In this document: positions 23,279 to 34,646 of the stretch, piece after piece | Numbering within the stretch: position 1 is the stretch's first letter | Layout: every line of letters starts with the position of its first letter | Source of the DNA: Prochlorococcus sp. AG-679-M23 | Lineage (GTDB): Bacteria > Cyanobacteriota > Cyanobacteriia > PCC-6307 > Cyanobiaceae | Length of the DNA: 64,000 nt | Reading direction: 5' to 3' | NCBI GenBank assembly: GCA_003208875.1 | Contig: QCUR01000001.1 | Coordinates: 160,001 to 224,000, forward strand | Program-made: the position numbers and the translations under genes | Notes under the pieces: model-generated | Told to the model about the DNA's origin: nothing | The model's database searches: none | What the model saw: only the letters and a program-made list of their open reading frames with translations

Positions 23279-25588
23279 TTAACTTATTCCTACCCTTGCA
23301 ATATCTAATACATCAGCCATTGATTTAATTTGATCAATAGTTTTGTGGAGTTGGCTATAACTTTCTAGACCAACACATAAATTAATTATTGCAGGTTTAC
23401 CAAAAGCGGTCTTTACATTTGCATCACTAACATTTATTCCTTTATCAGATAATCTCATAAGTATATCTTTTAGGACCCCTACTCTATCTATAACCTCTAT
23501 TCTTAATTGAATTGGGAACTTATTGTCAAGAACTTTATTCTCTTGGTTCCATGCAACAGGTAATCTTCTCTCTATTGGTATTGGGAGAACGTTCTCACAA
23601 TCTCTTCTATGAATAGTGATTCCATGATTACCTAGAGAGACAGTTCCAATTATTTCCTCCCCAGGAAGTGGACTGCAGCATTTTCCTATTCTATAATCAA
23701 GGCCTTCTACTCCAGTGATTGGTGATTTATTAGTTGCATGAGATTTGGATGCTATTGAATTATTTTTATTTATAAGAGATTCTGCTAATTCAGTATTAGA
23801 TTCATTTTTAATTTCTTCTGTTTGTATTTTAATTTCTTCTCTTAATCTATTCAATACTTGATGTAAAGTTAAACCCCCAAATCCTAATGATGCTAGTAGA
23901 TCTTCCGTAGTCTTTAAATTACATCGATGTGCAACTTTTTTCATGGCATCACTTGAAATTAATGATTCAAATCCATTGCGACCTATTTCTTTTTCAAGCA
24001 GATCTTTTCCTCTTTTAATAGTTTCATCTCTATGGCTTTTTTTATACCACTGCCGAATTCTATTTTTTGCGGTTGGAGTAACTACAAAATTCAACCAATC
24101 TAAACTTGGAGTTGAATTATTATTAGTCAAGATTTCGATAAAGTCCCCATTTTGCAATGATGTAGATAGAGGAGATAATTTTTCATTTATTCTTATCCCA
24201 TTACAATGGTTGCCTATTTCTGAATGTATTCTGTAAGCAAAATCGATTGCAGTAGATCCCTTCCTTAAGCCAACAACATCTCCTTTTGGTGTGATCACAA
24301 ATACTTCTTCATCGAATAAATCTTCTTTTATAGATGCTAGATAATCATTATGATCTTTCTCAGTACCTTCTTGTTGCCAATCTACTAATTGTCTAAGCCA
24401 ATTAAATCTTTCTGCATTACTTGATGCAGGTGAACCACCTTCTTTATATTGCCAATGTGCAGCTATTCCGAATTCTGCAACTTGATGCATTGAACTCGTT
24501 CTTATTTGAACCTCAATAGGCCTATGTCTGCCGATCACAGAGGTATGCAAGGACTGGTATCCATTTGGTTTTGGTAAACCTATATAATCTTTAAATCTTC
24601 CAGGAATTGGCCTAAAAGTATCATGAACGACTGCTAAAGCTTTATAACAGCTATCTGAATTGCTAACAATAATTCTTAGAGCAGCAACGTCATAAATCTC
24701 GCTAAATTGTTTTTGTTGTCTTTCCATTTTGCTCCAAATACCATAGAGATGTTTTGGTCTTCCCGTAATTTCAAAATTTCCTAAACCTGAAGAGACTAAG
24801 TTTTCCTTCATCAAATTTAAGGTAACGTTTAACCTTTTTTCTCTATCACTTCTTTTTACGGCAATTTGATCTTTTAAATTTTTATATTCCTCTGGTTCAA
24901 GAAATTTAAATGCTAGATCTTCTAATTCCCATTTAAATCTATTTATTCCTAACCTATTTGCTAAAGGGGCATATATTTCTCTTGTTTCTCTTGCAATTCT
25001 CTCTTTTCTCTCTTCATTAAGCCATTGAATTGTTCTCATATTATGTAGTCGATCTGCAAGTTTAACTAAAACAACTCTTATGTCGCTTGCCATAGCTAAG
25101 AACATTTTTCTAAGATTTTCAGCCTGTGCTTCAGTTCTATTATTAAAGTGAATACCTCCTAATTTAGTTACACCTTCTACAAGTACTTTTACCTCTAAGC
25201 CAAAATTAACTTCTATCTCTGATAGAGCAATTCCGGTGTCTTCAACAACATCATGTAATAGTCCGGCAGCTACAACTGATGAACTTGCACCTATTTCTTT
25301 AAGCAGATCTGCAACAGCTATGGGATGAATTATATATGGCTCTCCACTTGCCCGAAGTTGTCCTTTATGAGCTTCATAAGCAAGTTTGAAAGCTTTTACT
25401 ATAAGATCATGATTAGAATTATTTTTTTTATTTGATACTTCATAGTTTTGAATAATCTCAAGAAGCCAATTAGGAATATTTATCTCATACTTCAAAGATT
25501 CACTTTCATAATTTTTATTTTCAGGCAAAATGATTGTTGAAACTTTAATTTCATTTTTTTCTTTTGAATTCGCAGTCGCCTCAGTCAT
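23279..25588 (-). CDS. relA: Bifunctional (p)ppGpp synthetase/hydrolase (long RSH)
   Basis: RASGEPYIIHP, HDVVED hydrolase motif, RFKD and PKPNGYQSLHT synthetase motifs, TGS, CC and ACT domains. Confidence 0.96.
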   Translation of the reverse strand: MTEATANSKEKNEIKVSTIILPENKNYESESLKYEINIPNWLLEIIQNYEVSNKKNNSNHDLIVKAFKLAYEAHKGQLRASGEPYIIHPIAVADLLKEIGASSSVVAAGLLHDVVEDTGIALSEIEVNFGLEVKVLVEGVTKLGGIHFNNRTEAQAENLRKMFLAMASDIRVVLVKLADRLHNMRTIQWLNEERKERIARETREIYAPLANRLGINRFKWELEDLAFKFLEPEEYKNLKDQIAVKRSDREKRLNVTLNLMKENLVSSGLGNFEITGRPKHLYGIWSKMERQQKQFSEIYDVAALRIIVSNSDSCYKALAVVHDTFRPIPGRFKDYIGLPKPNGYQSLHTSVIGRHRPIEVQIRTSSMHQVAEFGIAAHWQYKEGGSPASSNAERFNWLRQLVDWQQEGTEKDHNDYLASIKEDLFDEEVFVITPKGDVVGLRKGSTAIDFAYRIHSEIGNHCNGIRINEKLSPLSTSLQNGDFIEILTNNNSTPSLDWLNFVVTPTAKNRIRQWYKKSHRDETIKRGKDLLEKEIGRNGFESLISSDAMKKVAHRCNLKTTEDLLASLGFGGLTLHQVLNRLREEIKIQTEEIKNESNTELAESLINKNNSIASKSHATNKSPITGVEGLDYRIGKCCSPLPGEEIIGTVSLGNHGITIHRRDCENVLPIPIERRLPVAWNQENKVLDNKFPIQLRIEVIDRVGVLKDILMRLSDKGINVSDANVKTAFGKPAIINLCVGLESYSQLHKTIDQIKSMADVLDIARVGIS

Positions 25589-25643
25589 ATAATATTCCTT
25601 TAAATTTATTTTATTTAGGACTAGAGAAATTTGCTACAAAATT

Positions 25644-27239
25644 ATGAAAATAAATAAAAGCAAAATTTTTGAAATAAGGAATCTAAATGTCAAATATGGT
25701 CCTTATCAGAAATCTACCATAAAAAATTTTAAATTAGATCTATTTAAAGGAGATCACTTAGCAATAATAGGTCCTTCTGGATGTGGTAAAACAACATTTG
25801 CAAAAACAATTGTAAATATGCTTCCTGAAGCTTCAATTACTCAAGGATTTATAAAAATATCTGGAGAAGATCTAACTAAAATTGATAAAAAACAAATTCA
25901 ATTATTTAGAAGAAATAATTTTGGATTTATTTATCAAGATTCCATAAAAAAACTTAATCCTTTAATGACAGTTGGAGATCATTTAAAAGAATTGTTAAAA
26001 ACACATTTTCAAAACTATCCCCCTTTAATTATTAAAGATTTAGTTGAAGAAAATTTTAGAAAAGTAGGAATAGATATTGAAAGATTGGATTCATTTCCTC
26101 ATCAATTTAGTGGGGGAATGAGACAAAGAGTTTCAATTGCAATGGCTTTAGCTTTGAAACCTAAAATATTAATTGCAGATGAACCTTCAACCAGTCTGGA
26201 CTCTAAGACTAGTTTTGAAGTAATGGATCAAATTCTTTGTTTATGTGAGGAATCTGGAACCACTTTGATTTTGATTAGTCATGACATTAATCTTGCAGCA
26301 AAGTGGTGTAAAAAAGTCGTGATAATGGATCAAGGATCAATTCAGGAGCAAGGAAATATAAAGGAAGTTTTTAAATCGCCTAAATCAAAAATTGGAGAGA
26401 AATTGGTAAATGCAGCAAATATATCTTTGAAGCCAAGAAAAATAATTACCTCTATAAATGATGTTGTTTTAGAGGTTAATAATTTAAGACATTGGTATAA
26501 ATTAAATTCTTCAATTTTCCGGCCCAAATGGAATAAGGCTTTAAAAGAAGTCAGTTTTAAATTGTATCGAAATGAAGTCCTTGGAATTGTTGGATCTTCT
26601 GGGTGTGGAAAAAGTACTTTATGTAGATCTTTAATAGGACTCTTGAAGGTTAGAGGAGGTGAAATAAAAGTTTATGAAAGAAATTCAGAATTACATAAAA
26701 AAAAGTCTAATAATCTTAAAAATATACAAATAATTTTCCAAGATCCTTTTTCAAGTTTGAATCCAAAAATGAAAATCAAAAATATTTTGAAGGATATATT
26801 TTTAATTCAAAAAATATCTAATAATTATCAAATTAAAAATGAGATTAAACTAATTTTAAAAAATTTAAATCTACCTTCAGATCCTGAATTCTTAAACTCC
26901 TACCCCAATCAATTGTCTGGTGGTCAATTACAAAGAATTTCAATTGCAAGATCATTATTATTGAAACCAAAAATCCTCATCTGCGATGAAAGTGTAAATA
27001 TGTTAGATGCTTATGTAAAAGTTGAGATACTTGATTTACTTAGAAAGATACAAGAAAAAATGGATTTTAGTATAATTTTTATTACTCATGATTTAGGAAT
27101 TGCAAAGAAATTTTGTAATAGATTATTAGTTATGAATTATGGACAGATTATTGAAGAAGGCGATTCAGCTACAGTTTTTTCTAGTCCTAAGAATAATGTT
27201 ACAAAAGCTTTAGTAAATAGCTCCCTAAACCTTAATTGA
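25644..27239 (+). CDS. Dual-NBD ABC ATPase, peptide/nickel (DppD/DppF fusion) type
   Basis: Two Walker A motifs (GPSGCGKT, GSSGCGKS), FSGGMRQR and LSGGQLQR signatures, two D-E/H-switch sets. Confidence 0.9.
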   Translation: MKINKSKIFEIRNLNVKYGPYQKSTIKNFKLDLFKGDHLAIIGPSGCGKTTFAKTIVNMLPEASITQGFIKISGEDLTKIDKKQIQLFRRNNFGFIYQDSIKKLNPLMTVGDHLKELLKTHFQNYPPLIIKDLVEENFRKVGIDIERLDSFPHQFSGGMRQRVSIAMALALKPKILIADEPSTSLDSKTSFEVMDQILCLCEESGTTLILISHDINLAAKWCKKVVIMDQGSIQEQGNIKEVFKSPKSKIGEKLVNAANISLKPRKIITSINDVVLEVNNLRHWYKLNSSIFRPKWNKALKEVSFKLYRNEVLGIVGSSGCGKSTLCRSLIGLLKVRGGEIKVYERNSELHKKKSNNLKNIQIIFQDPFSSLNPKMKIKNILKDIFLIQKISNNYQIKNEIKLILKNLNLPSDPEFLNSYPNQLSGGQLQRISIARSLLLKPKILICDESVNMLDAYVKVEILDLLRKIQEKMDFSIIFITHDLGIAKKFCNRLLVMNYGQIIEEGDSATVFSSPKNNVTKALVNSSLNLN

Positions 27240-28193
27240 TTTTTTTAAGACTCTCAATAATTTCTGAAATTCTTGGGGTAATTCTGCTTCAAATTTCATT
27301 TCTTCCCCATTTATAGGATGAAAAAGTCCTAGCTCTACAGCATGTAAAGCCTGACCATCTAATTTGCAAGGAAGCTTTTTACATCTTCCATATAAAGGAT
27401 CGCCTAGAATGGGATGATTGATATGTGCACAATGAACTCTTATCTGATGAGTTCTTCCAGTATCTAGTTTGAAGCTCATTAATGAATAATTACCTAATCT
27501 TTCTAATAATTTCCAATAAGTACATGCATATCTCCCGGAATTTTCATCAACTACCGCATACTTCAATCTATTTAGTTTATCTCTACCTATATGCCCAACA
27601 ATTTTACCTTTTGAAGTATTTGGGACTCCATGAATTACCGCAATATAGTTTCTTGAAGCGATTTTTTCTTTTATTTGTATTTGAAGGTTGACAAGTGATT
27701 CTTGGCTTTTTGCTACAACCATACAGCCAGAGGTGTCCTTATCTAATCTATGAACTATCCCAGGTCTTAACTTGCCATTTATTCCTGGTAAATCTTTGCA
27801 GTGAAAGAGTAGTCCATTGACTAAGGTGCCTGATTTATGTCCTGGAGCTGGATGGACTATGAGTCCTGATTGTTTATTAATTACAATAATGTGTTCATCT
27901 TCAAAAAGGATATTTAAGTTCATCTTTTCTGGCTTTAAATATATGAGAGGTTCTGGAGGAGGCATCCAAATTTGTATATTATCTCCTGTTTTTAGTGGGG
28001 TTTTAGCTTTTGCAGTTTTGTAGTTAACAAGAACTAATCCCGCATTTATAAAATGTTGTATTCTTGCTCTACTCTGTTCAGGCCTCTTGCTTACTAGCCA
28101 CCTATCGAGTCGCATAGGAAGGGACATTTCATAAGTAATTTCTATTAATTCACCTTCTCCTACTCCAAAAGAGTTTTTATTACTTGAGATCAT
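27225..28193 (-). CDS. rluD: RluD-type pseudouridine synthase
   Basis: S4 domain, RPGIVHRLDKDTSG, TGRTHQIRVH, QALHA. Confidence 0.88.
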   Translation of the reverse strand: MISSNKNSFGVGEGELIEITYEMSLPMRLDRWLVSKRPEQSRARIQHFINAGLVLVNYKTAKAKTPLKTGDNIQIWMPPPEPLIYLKPEKMNLNILFEDEHIIVINKQSGLIVHPAPGHKSGTLVNGLLFHCKDLPGINGKLRPGIVHRLDKDTSGCMVVAKSQESLVNLQIQIKEKIASRNYIAVIHGVPNTSKGKIVGHIGRDKLNRLKYAVVDENSGRYACTYWKLLERLGNYSLMSFKLDTGRTHQIRVHCAHINHPILGDPLYGRCKKLPCKLDGQALHAVELGLFHPINGEEMKFEAELPQEFQKLLRVLKKSIKV

Positions 28194-29056
28194 ATTGGCA
28201 CTTCCAAAGCAATCTTTCCTAGCATTTGATTGCGATAATCTTCTAATAATTTGTGAGCCATTCTTCTTTTATCACCTGAGGTATGTTTCAAGGCTACAAG
28301 ATCAATCCATTCATGAGGGCTATCAAAGTTCTTTAATATATCAACTCCATATCTATCAGATATCTTTGAAAGTGAAATATTCGCATTTTTATCTTCTTTT
28401 AATTTGAAAATTATTTTTACAAATTCAATAGCAACACTTTCTATTTCATATGCAGCCTCTCCTATATCATCACAAAGTGCAAGATTCAGAGCCGATTTTT
28501 GATTCTCTAAATTAGGGGGTATAACACCGGGGGCATCAAGCAAATCTATCCCACTGTCTAATCTGATCCATCTAAGATTACGTGTTACGCCCGCTTTCCT
28601 AGCGCTTTCAACAACTTTTTTATTGGCGATTCTATTTATTAATGCAGATTTTCCTACATTAGGAAAACCGAGGGTAAGTGCTCTGATCGGCCTAACCTTC
28701 ATTCCTCTAGATAACCTTCTATTATCAATTGATAATCGGGATTCCTTAGCAGATTTACAAATTTCTTTAATTCCTTTACCATTTTTTGCATCACACCAAA
28801 GAGGATATATATTATCTTTTTTAAACCACTTGTTCCAATTAGTTATAGTTTCTGTAGTTATCATATCCGCACGATTTATTACAAGGATATGTTTTTTGTT
28901 TCTAATCCATTGATTAAGATGAGGATGACCTGTTGATAAAGGGATTCTTGCATCTCTAACTTCTATAACTAAGTCTACTCTATTTATAACTTCAGTTAGC
29001 TTTTTTTCGGCTTTAGCAATATGGCCTGGGTACCATTGAATTTTGGGTATTTCCAA
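28190..29056 (-). CDS. rbgA: Ribosome biogenesis GTPase RbgA/YlqF
   Basis: IQWYPGH, EVRDARIP, GFPNVGKS, DAPG; circularly permuted GTPase. Confidence 0.94.
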   Translation of the reverse strand: MEIPKIQWYPGHIAKAEKKLTEVINRVDLVIEVRDARIPLSTGHPHLNQWIRNKKHILVINRADMITTETITNWNKWFKKDNIYPLWCDAKNGKGIKEICKSAKESRLSIDNRRLSRGMKVRPIRALTLGFPNVGKSALINRIANKKVVESARKAGVTRNLRWIRLDSGIDLLDAPGVIPPNLENQKSALNLALCDDIGEAAYEIESVAIEFVKIIFKLKEDKNANISLSKISDRYGVDILKNFDSPHEWIDLVALKHTSGDKRRMAHKLLEDYRNQMLGKIALEVPI

Positions 29057-29281
29057 TTGATTAAATCCAACAAGTTGTACGAGTAAACCTTTTGATTCTT
29101 ATTAATTTCAAAAGTAATTACATTTAATATTAATGTAAATATTAAATATTTTTTATTTTTATAAATTTTATATTTATACCTAATTTTTAAAATTTATTAA
29201 GGCATAAGTAACACTTAGTACTTTTTAACCCAATAAGCTCAAATTAACGTTAGGGTTTCATGGTAAAAATAGGATGTTTTA

Positions 29282-30490
29282 ATGTCGAAGTTGTCTCTTT
29301 CCAGTCTTGATAAGTCTAAATTAGAAGGAAAAAAAGTTCTTGTAAGGGTTGATTTTAATGTCCCATTAAATGATAGTGGTCAGATTACTGATGATACTAG
29401 AATAAGAGCAGCAATTCCTACGATAAAATATCTTATAAATAATTCTGCAAAAGTTATATTAGCTGCTCATTTTGGAAGACCTAAAGGGAAAGTTAATGAG
29501 AAAATGAGATTAACCCCAGTTGCTGCCAGATTAAGCGATATATTGGAACAAAAAGTTAATCTAACTGAAAGCTGTATTGGTGAAGATGCTCTAGCTAAAT
29601 CTAATAGTTTAAATAACGGCGATGTTTTATTACTAGAAAATGTTCGATTTTATGAAGAAGAAGAAAAAAACGATTTAGATTTCGCTAAAAATTTAGCTTC
29701 TCATGCAGATATGTATGTTAACGATGCTTTTGGAGCTGCGCATAGAGCTCATGCTTCAACTCAAGGAGTTACACAATTTCTAGAGCCAGCTGTTGCAGGA
29801 TTTTTGTTAGAAAAAGAGTTGAAATATTTACAGGGCGCAATTGATGCTCCAAAACGTCCTCTTGCAGCAATAGTAGGAGGTTCTAAAGTAAGTAGCAAAA
29901 TTGGAGTTTTAGATTCTCTTTTAGATAAGTGTGACAAAATTATTATTGGGGGAGGCATGATTTTTACTTTTTACAAGGCCAGAGGATTAGATGTTGGGAA
30001 GAGTCTTGTTGAGGAAGATAAACTTGAACTAGCAAGAAATTTAGAGGCAAAAGCAAAAACTAAAGGGGTAGAGCTTCTATTACCATCTGATGTATTACTT
30101 GCAAATGAGTTTTCTCCTGATGCAGAAAGTAAAGTGTCTGAAATAGATTCAATAAGTGGTGATTGGATGGGTCTAGACATTGGGCCACAATCAATCAAGG
30201 TTTTTCAAAATGCTCTTGCTGAATGCAAAACAATTATTTGGAATGGCCCAATGGGTGTTTTTGAATTTGATAAATTTGCTGAAGGCACAAATGCAATAGC
30301 AACAACCCTTGCAGATTTAAGTTCTTTCTCTGAGGTTTGTACAATTATTGGAGGGGGAGATTCTGTCGCTGCAGTGGAAAAAGCTGGTTTGGCTGAAAAA
30401 ATGTCACATATATCTACTGGTGGAGGGGCTAGTCTAGAACTTTTAGAAGGTAAAACTTTACCTGGAGTAGCAGCTTTAAAAGACGCTTAA
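29282..30490 (+). CDS. pgk: Phosphoglycerate kinase
   Basis: [45 protein letters not shown]. Confidence 0.98.
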   Translation: MSKLSLSSLDKSKLEGKKVLVRVDFNVPLNDSGQITDDTRIRAAIPTIKYLINNSAKVILAAHFGRPKGKVNEKMRLTPVAARLSDILEQKVNLTESCIGEDALAKSNSLNNGDVLLLENVRFYEEEEKNDLDFAKNLASHADMYVNDAFGAAHRAHASTQGVTQFLEPAVAGFLLEKELKYLQGAIDAPKRPLAAIVGGSKVSSKIGVLDSLLDKCDKIIIGGGMIFTFYKARGLDVGKSLVEEDKLELARNLEAKAKTKGVELLLPSDVLLANEFSPDAESKVSEIDSISGDWMGLDIGPQSIKVFQNALAECKTIIWNGPMGVFEFDKFAEGTNAIATTLADLSSFSEVCTIIGGGDSVAAVEKAGLAEKMSHISTGGGASLELLEGKTLPGVAALKDA

Positions 30491-30491
30491 A

Positions 30492-31223
30492 TTATATTTT
30501 TTCAACAATTTCAACGCTTTTAGTAAAAGAAATAGTTCCCTGTGGATGAGCGATAATACCTGACCATATTTGTCTAGCTGGTTTGGATGATGCTCTAGTC
30601 GTTTTAAAAATGCCTCCAGAGGCTAAAGGTTCAATATTGATTTCTTGTTTTAAATAAGAATCATCCTGATGCGATATTATTCCTCCAGCTATAATTACAT
30701 CACCAAGTGGTTCATTTAGAATAATATCAATATCATATTTTGTACCAGTAAGAACTTTCTCAGGAATTTTAAAAATAATATCTATTTTGTTTTGATCATT
30801 TCTAATAGTAGTTAATAAATTTTTTATATTTCCATTATTTATTTTGTCGTTTTGAATGGAAAACAGATACTTAAAATTAGATTCAAGAAAGTATATTTCC
30901 CCATTAACTATTTTATTTCCATTAACTTTGATATTAAATATTTTTTCTTTAGAGTTTTCTCCGCTTAATCTTTTAATTTGCCATGTCGAATTAGGGAAAT
31001 CTTTGATTATTTCCTTAAATTGTTCTTGAATTTTAAAGTTTTCATCTTCTTTAAAAATGTTTTTTATCAATTTTAGGTTTCGAGTATTTAATGCATTTTC
31101 AAGATTTTTTCTTATATCAACGTTTGTATTTTGGGCGATTGCTAATTTTGGGGAAATGAGATAAATAAATATATATATAAATAATCCTAATTTTGAAAAA
31201 AACTTTAAATTAAACATTTTCAT
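30492..31223 (-). CDS. Hypothetical exported protein
   Basis: 243-aa ORF filling the pgk-murG gap; signal-peptide-like N-terminus (…LAIA|Q); GGIFK motif near the C-terminus. Confidence 0.75.
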   Translation of the reverse strand: MKMFNLKFFSKLGLFIYIFIYLISPKLAIAQNTNVDIRKNLENALNTRNLKLIKNIFKEDENFKIQEQFKEIIKDFPNSTWQIKRLSGENSKEKIFNIKVNGNKIVNGEIYFLESNFKYLFSIQNDKINNGNIKNLLTTIRNDQNKIDIIFKIPEKVLTGTKYDIDIILNEPLGDVIIAGGIISHQDDSYLKQEINIEPLASGGIFKTTRASSKPARQIWSGIIAHPQGTISFTKSVEIVEKI

Positions 31224-31250
31224 AATTTTATCTTACTTATTAAATTTTTA

Positions 31251-32345
31251 ATGTCTAAAAAAAGAAATAATTTATTAATAGCGGCAAGTGGAACAGGAGG
31301 CCATATCTTTCCTGCTTTAGCAGTATCTAAAAAGGTTGAAAAAGATTGGGATATTCATTGGCTAGGAGTTACAAAAAGACTAGATTCTGAATTTGTACCT
31401 AGAAAATATAATCTTTTGACTTTGAATTTGGAGACACCAAAAAAAAATATTTTTAGAGTATTTCAATATCTAAAAATTTTATTTTCAATTTTTAATATTA
31501 TTAAAATCCTTAAAGAAAAAAAAATTAATTTAGTATTTACTACTGGTGGATATATTTCAGCTCCGACAATTCTCGCAGCAAAATTGCTAAAAATACCTGT
31601 TATCCTCCATGAATCAAATTTAATACCGGGCACGGTTACAAAATATTTTGGTTTTCTATGTGAATTTGTTCTTCTGGGTTTTAAAGATACAAATTTTTAT
31701 TTAAAAAATTGCAGAACAATTTTCACTGGAACTCCTCTTAGGGAGCAGTTTTATGAAACTAATCCTTTACCAAAATGGGTTCCTAGAGGAAAGGGTCCTC
31801 TTCTGATTGTTATGGGAGGAAGTCAAGGTGCAAAGAAGATTAATGAAATTTTCTATGAATCTATTGATTTTTTAATAAAACAAAATTTTCGTATAGTGCA
31901 TATTACTGGTGAAAATAATCCTAAAAATTTGGTAAAATCAAAATCTAACAATTATGTTCAAAAGAAATTTACTAATCAAATTGCATCTTTGATGCAAAAC
32001 TGTGAACTCGTTATATCAAGATCTGGAGCAGGAACAATAAATGAACTCATACAAACTGGAAAACCATCAATTTTAATTCCATACCCTAATTCAAAAAATA
32101 ATCACCAAGAAAAAAATGCAATGATTCTCTCTTCAATAGGGGGTGCAATTTTAATGAATCAAAATCAAATATCAAAGTTATTTTTTGAAGAGACTTTGAC
32201 AAGGATTTTAAAATTTGAATTAAAAAAAGGAAAACCTAAATATGAAATTTTAGATTCAATGAAAGAAAATATAAAAAATCTTGATACCTTAAAATCTACA
32301 AATGAGATTAAAAAATTAATAAGCTATTTTTTAAAAGAATTTTGA
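31251..32345 (+). CDS. murG: Lipid II GlcNAc transferase
   Basis: ASGTGGHIFP, GGYIS, HESN, GGSQGA, RSGAGT, HQEKNA. Confidence 0.96.
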   Translation: MSKKRNNLLIAASGTGGHIFPALAVSKKVEKDWDIHWLGVTKRLDSEFVPRKYNLLTLNLETPKKNIFRVFQYLKILFSIFNIIKILKEKKINLVFTTGGYISAPTILAAKLLKIPVILHESNLIPGTVTKYFGFLCEFVLLGFKDTNFYLKNCRTIFTGTPLREQFYETNPLPKWVPRGKGPLLIVMGGSQGAKKINEIFYESIDFLIKQNFRIVHITGENNPKNLVKSKSNNYVQKKFTNQIASLMQNCELVISRSGAGTINELIQTGKPSILIPYPNSKNNHQEKNAMILSSIGGAILMNQNQISKLFFEETLTRILKFELKKGKPKYEILDSMKENIKNLDTLKSTNEIKKLISYFLKEF

Positions 32346-33448
32346 ATTTCTCTACATAAAATTTTATTATTTTTTCTAGTCTGTAAACTTATTCTTGCCC
32401 ATTTTTCATTAAGAAATCTAAATGAGTTGCATTCTCTAATTAATATACCTTTTTTTTCTAAATAATGAATATTTGAAGACAAGGAGAATTTACTTTCTAT
32501 TAAAAAAAAGTTAGTTGAAGAGTTATGTACTTTAAGATTTTTTATTTTCGATAATTCATTAGAAACCCAATTTTTCTCAGTATTTACCCAGTCATGAATC
32601 TTTGATGTCCATTCCTCATAAAGAATTTTATTACTTAATAGTTCTATTCCAGCTTTTATAGCAAATGAATTTAATGGCCAAGGGTCTCTTTTTATATTCC
32701 ATTTCTTAAGTTTTTCAGATGAGCCAATAATATAACCTAATCTTAAACCTGCAATATTAAAGAGTTTGGTCAAACTCCTAATAACTAACAAATTATCATA
32801 TATTTTAGTGAGCGGAATTAAAGATTCTTTCTCACCATTAGGTGTAATGGCTAAGAAAGCTTCATCACAAATAACTAGTTTATATTTTTTTAGAATAATT
32901 TCTAAAGATTTTTTATCCCATAATTGACCCGTAGGGTTATGTGGGTTGGTTATCCAAAGAACATCACAAATTGGTTTAATTGGAAAGGGTTGGGGGAAAC
33001 TATTACTCCAATTCTTTGGCAACTCCGAATAATCGAAGCTAGCGTTCCAGCAATTTAGTGATCTTTCATAATCTACGAAGCCTGGACTTGGTATACAACT
33101 TAATCCAGATTTGGAAGCTTCATAACCTGCCCAAGTTATTAATTCAGAAGCCCCATTACCTGGCAATATATTATCGGGATTTATTTGATGAAATTCTCCA
33201 ATTATTTTCCTCAAACTATTTAGATTTCTTTCAGGATAATATCGAAATCCTAGAGTTTTAATTTCTGAAATTAAAACATCTAATATCAGCTTTGGGGGTT
33301 CGAAAGGTACTAGTGAGGCACTTGAATCAATTATTTTAGATGGTAATAAATTTAATTTTTTTGCTTTAGTTAATATATTTCCTCCATGCTTGAAGTTTAT
33401 ATTTTTCATATCTTGATCATTCAAATTATTGGTATTGAATTTATTCAT
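32324..33448 (-). CDS. PLP enzyme, probable L-threonine-O-3-phosphate decarboxylase (cobamide synthesis, CobD/CobC type)
   Basis: N-terminal HGGN, GNGASELI, NPHNPTG, DEAF, RSLTKLFNIAGLRLGY, PWP. Confidence 0.82.
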   Translation of the reverse strand: MNKFNTNNLNDQDMKNINFKHGGNILTKAKKLNLLPSKIIDSSASLVPFEPPKLILDVLISEIKTLGFRYYPERNLNSLRKIIGEFHQINPDNILPGNGASELITWAGYEASKSGLSCIPSPGFVDYERSLNCWNASFDYSELPKNWSNSFPQPFPIKPICDVLWITNPHNPTGQLWDKKSLEIILKKYKLVICDEAFLAITPNGEKESLIPLTKIYDNLLVIRSLTKLFNIAGLRLGYIIGSSEKLKKWNIKRDPWPLNSFAIKAGIELLSNKILYEEWTSKIHDWVNTEKNWVSNELSKIKNLKVHNSSTNFFLIESKFSLSSNIHYLEKKGILIRECNSFRFLNEKWARISLQTRKNNKILCREIQNSFKK

Positions 33449-33463
33449 TAATTATTTTAGGTT

Positions 33464-34633
33464 TTATTCAATCCATTCTAAGTTTGATCCAATAGCTTCT
33501 TTCACATTTGATAATTGGTGAATATTAATTTGCTTTATGATTCCGTTAAGAATATTTGGGACTAATTGTGGACCGTTATATATCCATCCAGTATATATTT
33601 GCACTAAAGATGCTCCAGAACATATGCGTTCCCAAGCAGATTCTGGACTATCAATTCCACCTACTCCAATTAAATTAATATTTTTATCAATATTATGTAT
33701 ATGACTAATTATTTGATTTGCTTTTCGTTGAAGTGGTTTGCCACTTAATCCTCCATTTTCCTCAGAAAGTAATAGCCCTGTTTGTTTTATCTTTCTTTGT
33801 TCAAGACCTAATCTATCTAGACTAGTATTAGTAGCAATTATTCCATCAATATTTTCGTCAATTATTAATTGGCATATATCTTCAATATCTTTATAACTTA
33901 AATCTGGTGCGATTTTCACAAATAAAGGAGGACAATTACCTAAATTTTTGACTTCTCTAAGCAGTTCTTTAAGAAGTATAGGATCTTGTAACTTTCTAAG
34001 TCCTTGAGTATTTGGTGAACTTACATTTATAACTGCGTAATCACAATAAGGAATCAAAAGTTTTAAAGAAGTTAAATAATCTTCTGTAGCTTTGGATAAG
34101 CTTGTAATTTTAGATTTCCCAAAATTTATGCCCAAACAATTATTTTTTCTATGTTTTTTTAAATCAACATTTTGCTTTAAAAAGTTTTTAACAAGATTTT
34201 CGGCACCATTATTATTAAATCCCATTCTATTTAATGCTGCCTGCTCCTTAGCTAATCTAAATAATCTTGGTTTAGGATTACCAGATTGAGCGAATTTAGT
34301 AACTGTACCAATTTCAGCAAAACCAAATCCAAAATCCTTCCAAATATTTGCAGCATTTCCATTTTTATCAAAACCTGCTGCTAAACCAACTGGATTACAA
34401 AAATCTATCCCACATATTTTTTGATGTAATCTTTTATCAACAACACAAAATTCTTGATTCAAACTTTTTATAATTCTTGAAATTAAGGGCCAATTTCTGT
34501 TTTTTGAACTAAAAGTGAGAAGACTTAAGGAGAAGTTTGTAAGGTACTCTGCATCTATTCCGACGTCTTTTTTAAGGATAGGAGTTACCAGGTTCTTATA
34601 AATATTATTAAACATCCCTTTCTGATCAATCAT
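33464..34633 (-). CDS. pyrD: Dihydroorotate dehydrogenase (quinone, class 2)
   Basis: NPVGLAAGFDKN, GNPKPRLFRL, NRMGFNN, NVSSPNT, GGLSG. Confidence 0.97.
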   Translation of the reverse strand: MIDQKGMFNNIYKNLVTPILKKDVGIDAEYLTNFSLSLLTFSSKNRNWPLISRIIKSLNQEFCVVDKRLHQKICGIDFCNPVGLAAGFDKNGNAANIWKDFGFGFAEIGTVTKFAQSGNPKPRLFRLAKEQAALNRMGFNNNGAENLVKNFLKQNVDLKKHRKNNCLGINFGKSKITSLSKATEDYLTSLKLLIPYCDYAVINVSSPNTQGLRKLQDPILLKELLREVKNLGNCPPLFVKIAPDLSYKDIEDICQLIIDENIDGIIATNTSLDRLGLEQRKIKQTGLLLSEENGGLSGKPLQRKANQIISHIHNIDKNINLIGVGGIDSPESAWERICSGASLVQIYTGWIYNGPQLVPNILNGIIKQINIHQLSNVKEAIGSNLEWIE

Positions 34634-34646
34634 AAAATATTAAAGA

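Noticed and set aside
29118..29147. Overlapping inverted repeats (ATTTAATATT/AATATTAAAT and TTACATT/AATGTAA) in the rbgA-pgk divergent gap
   Set aside because: The region is almost entirely A/T, so such palindromes are expected by chance, and I could not match a known operator.
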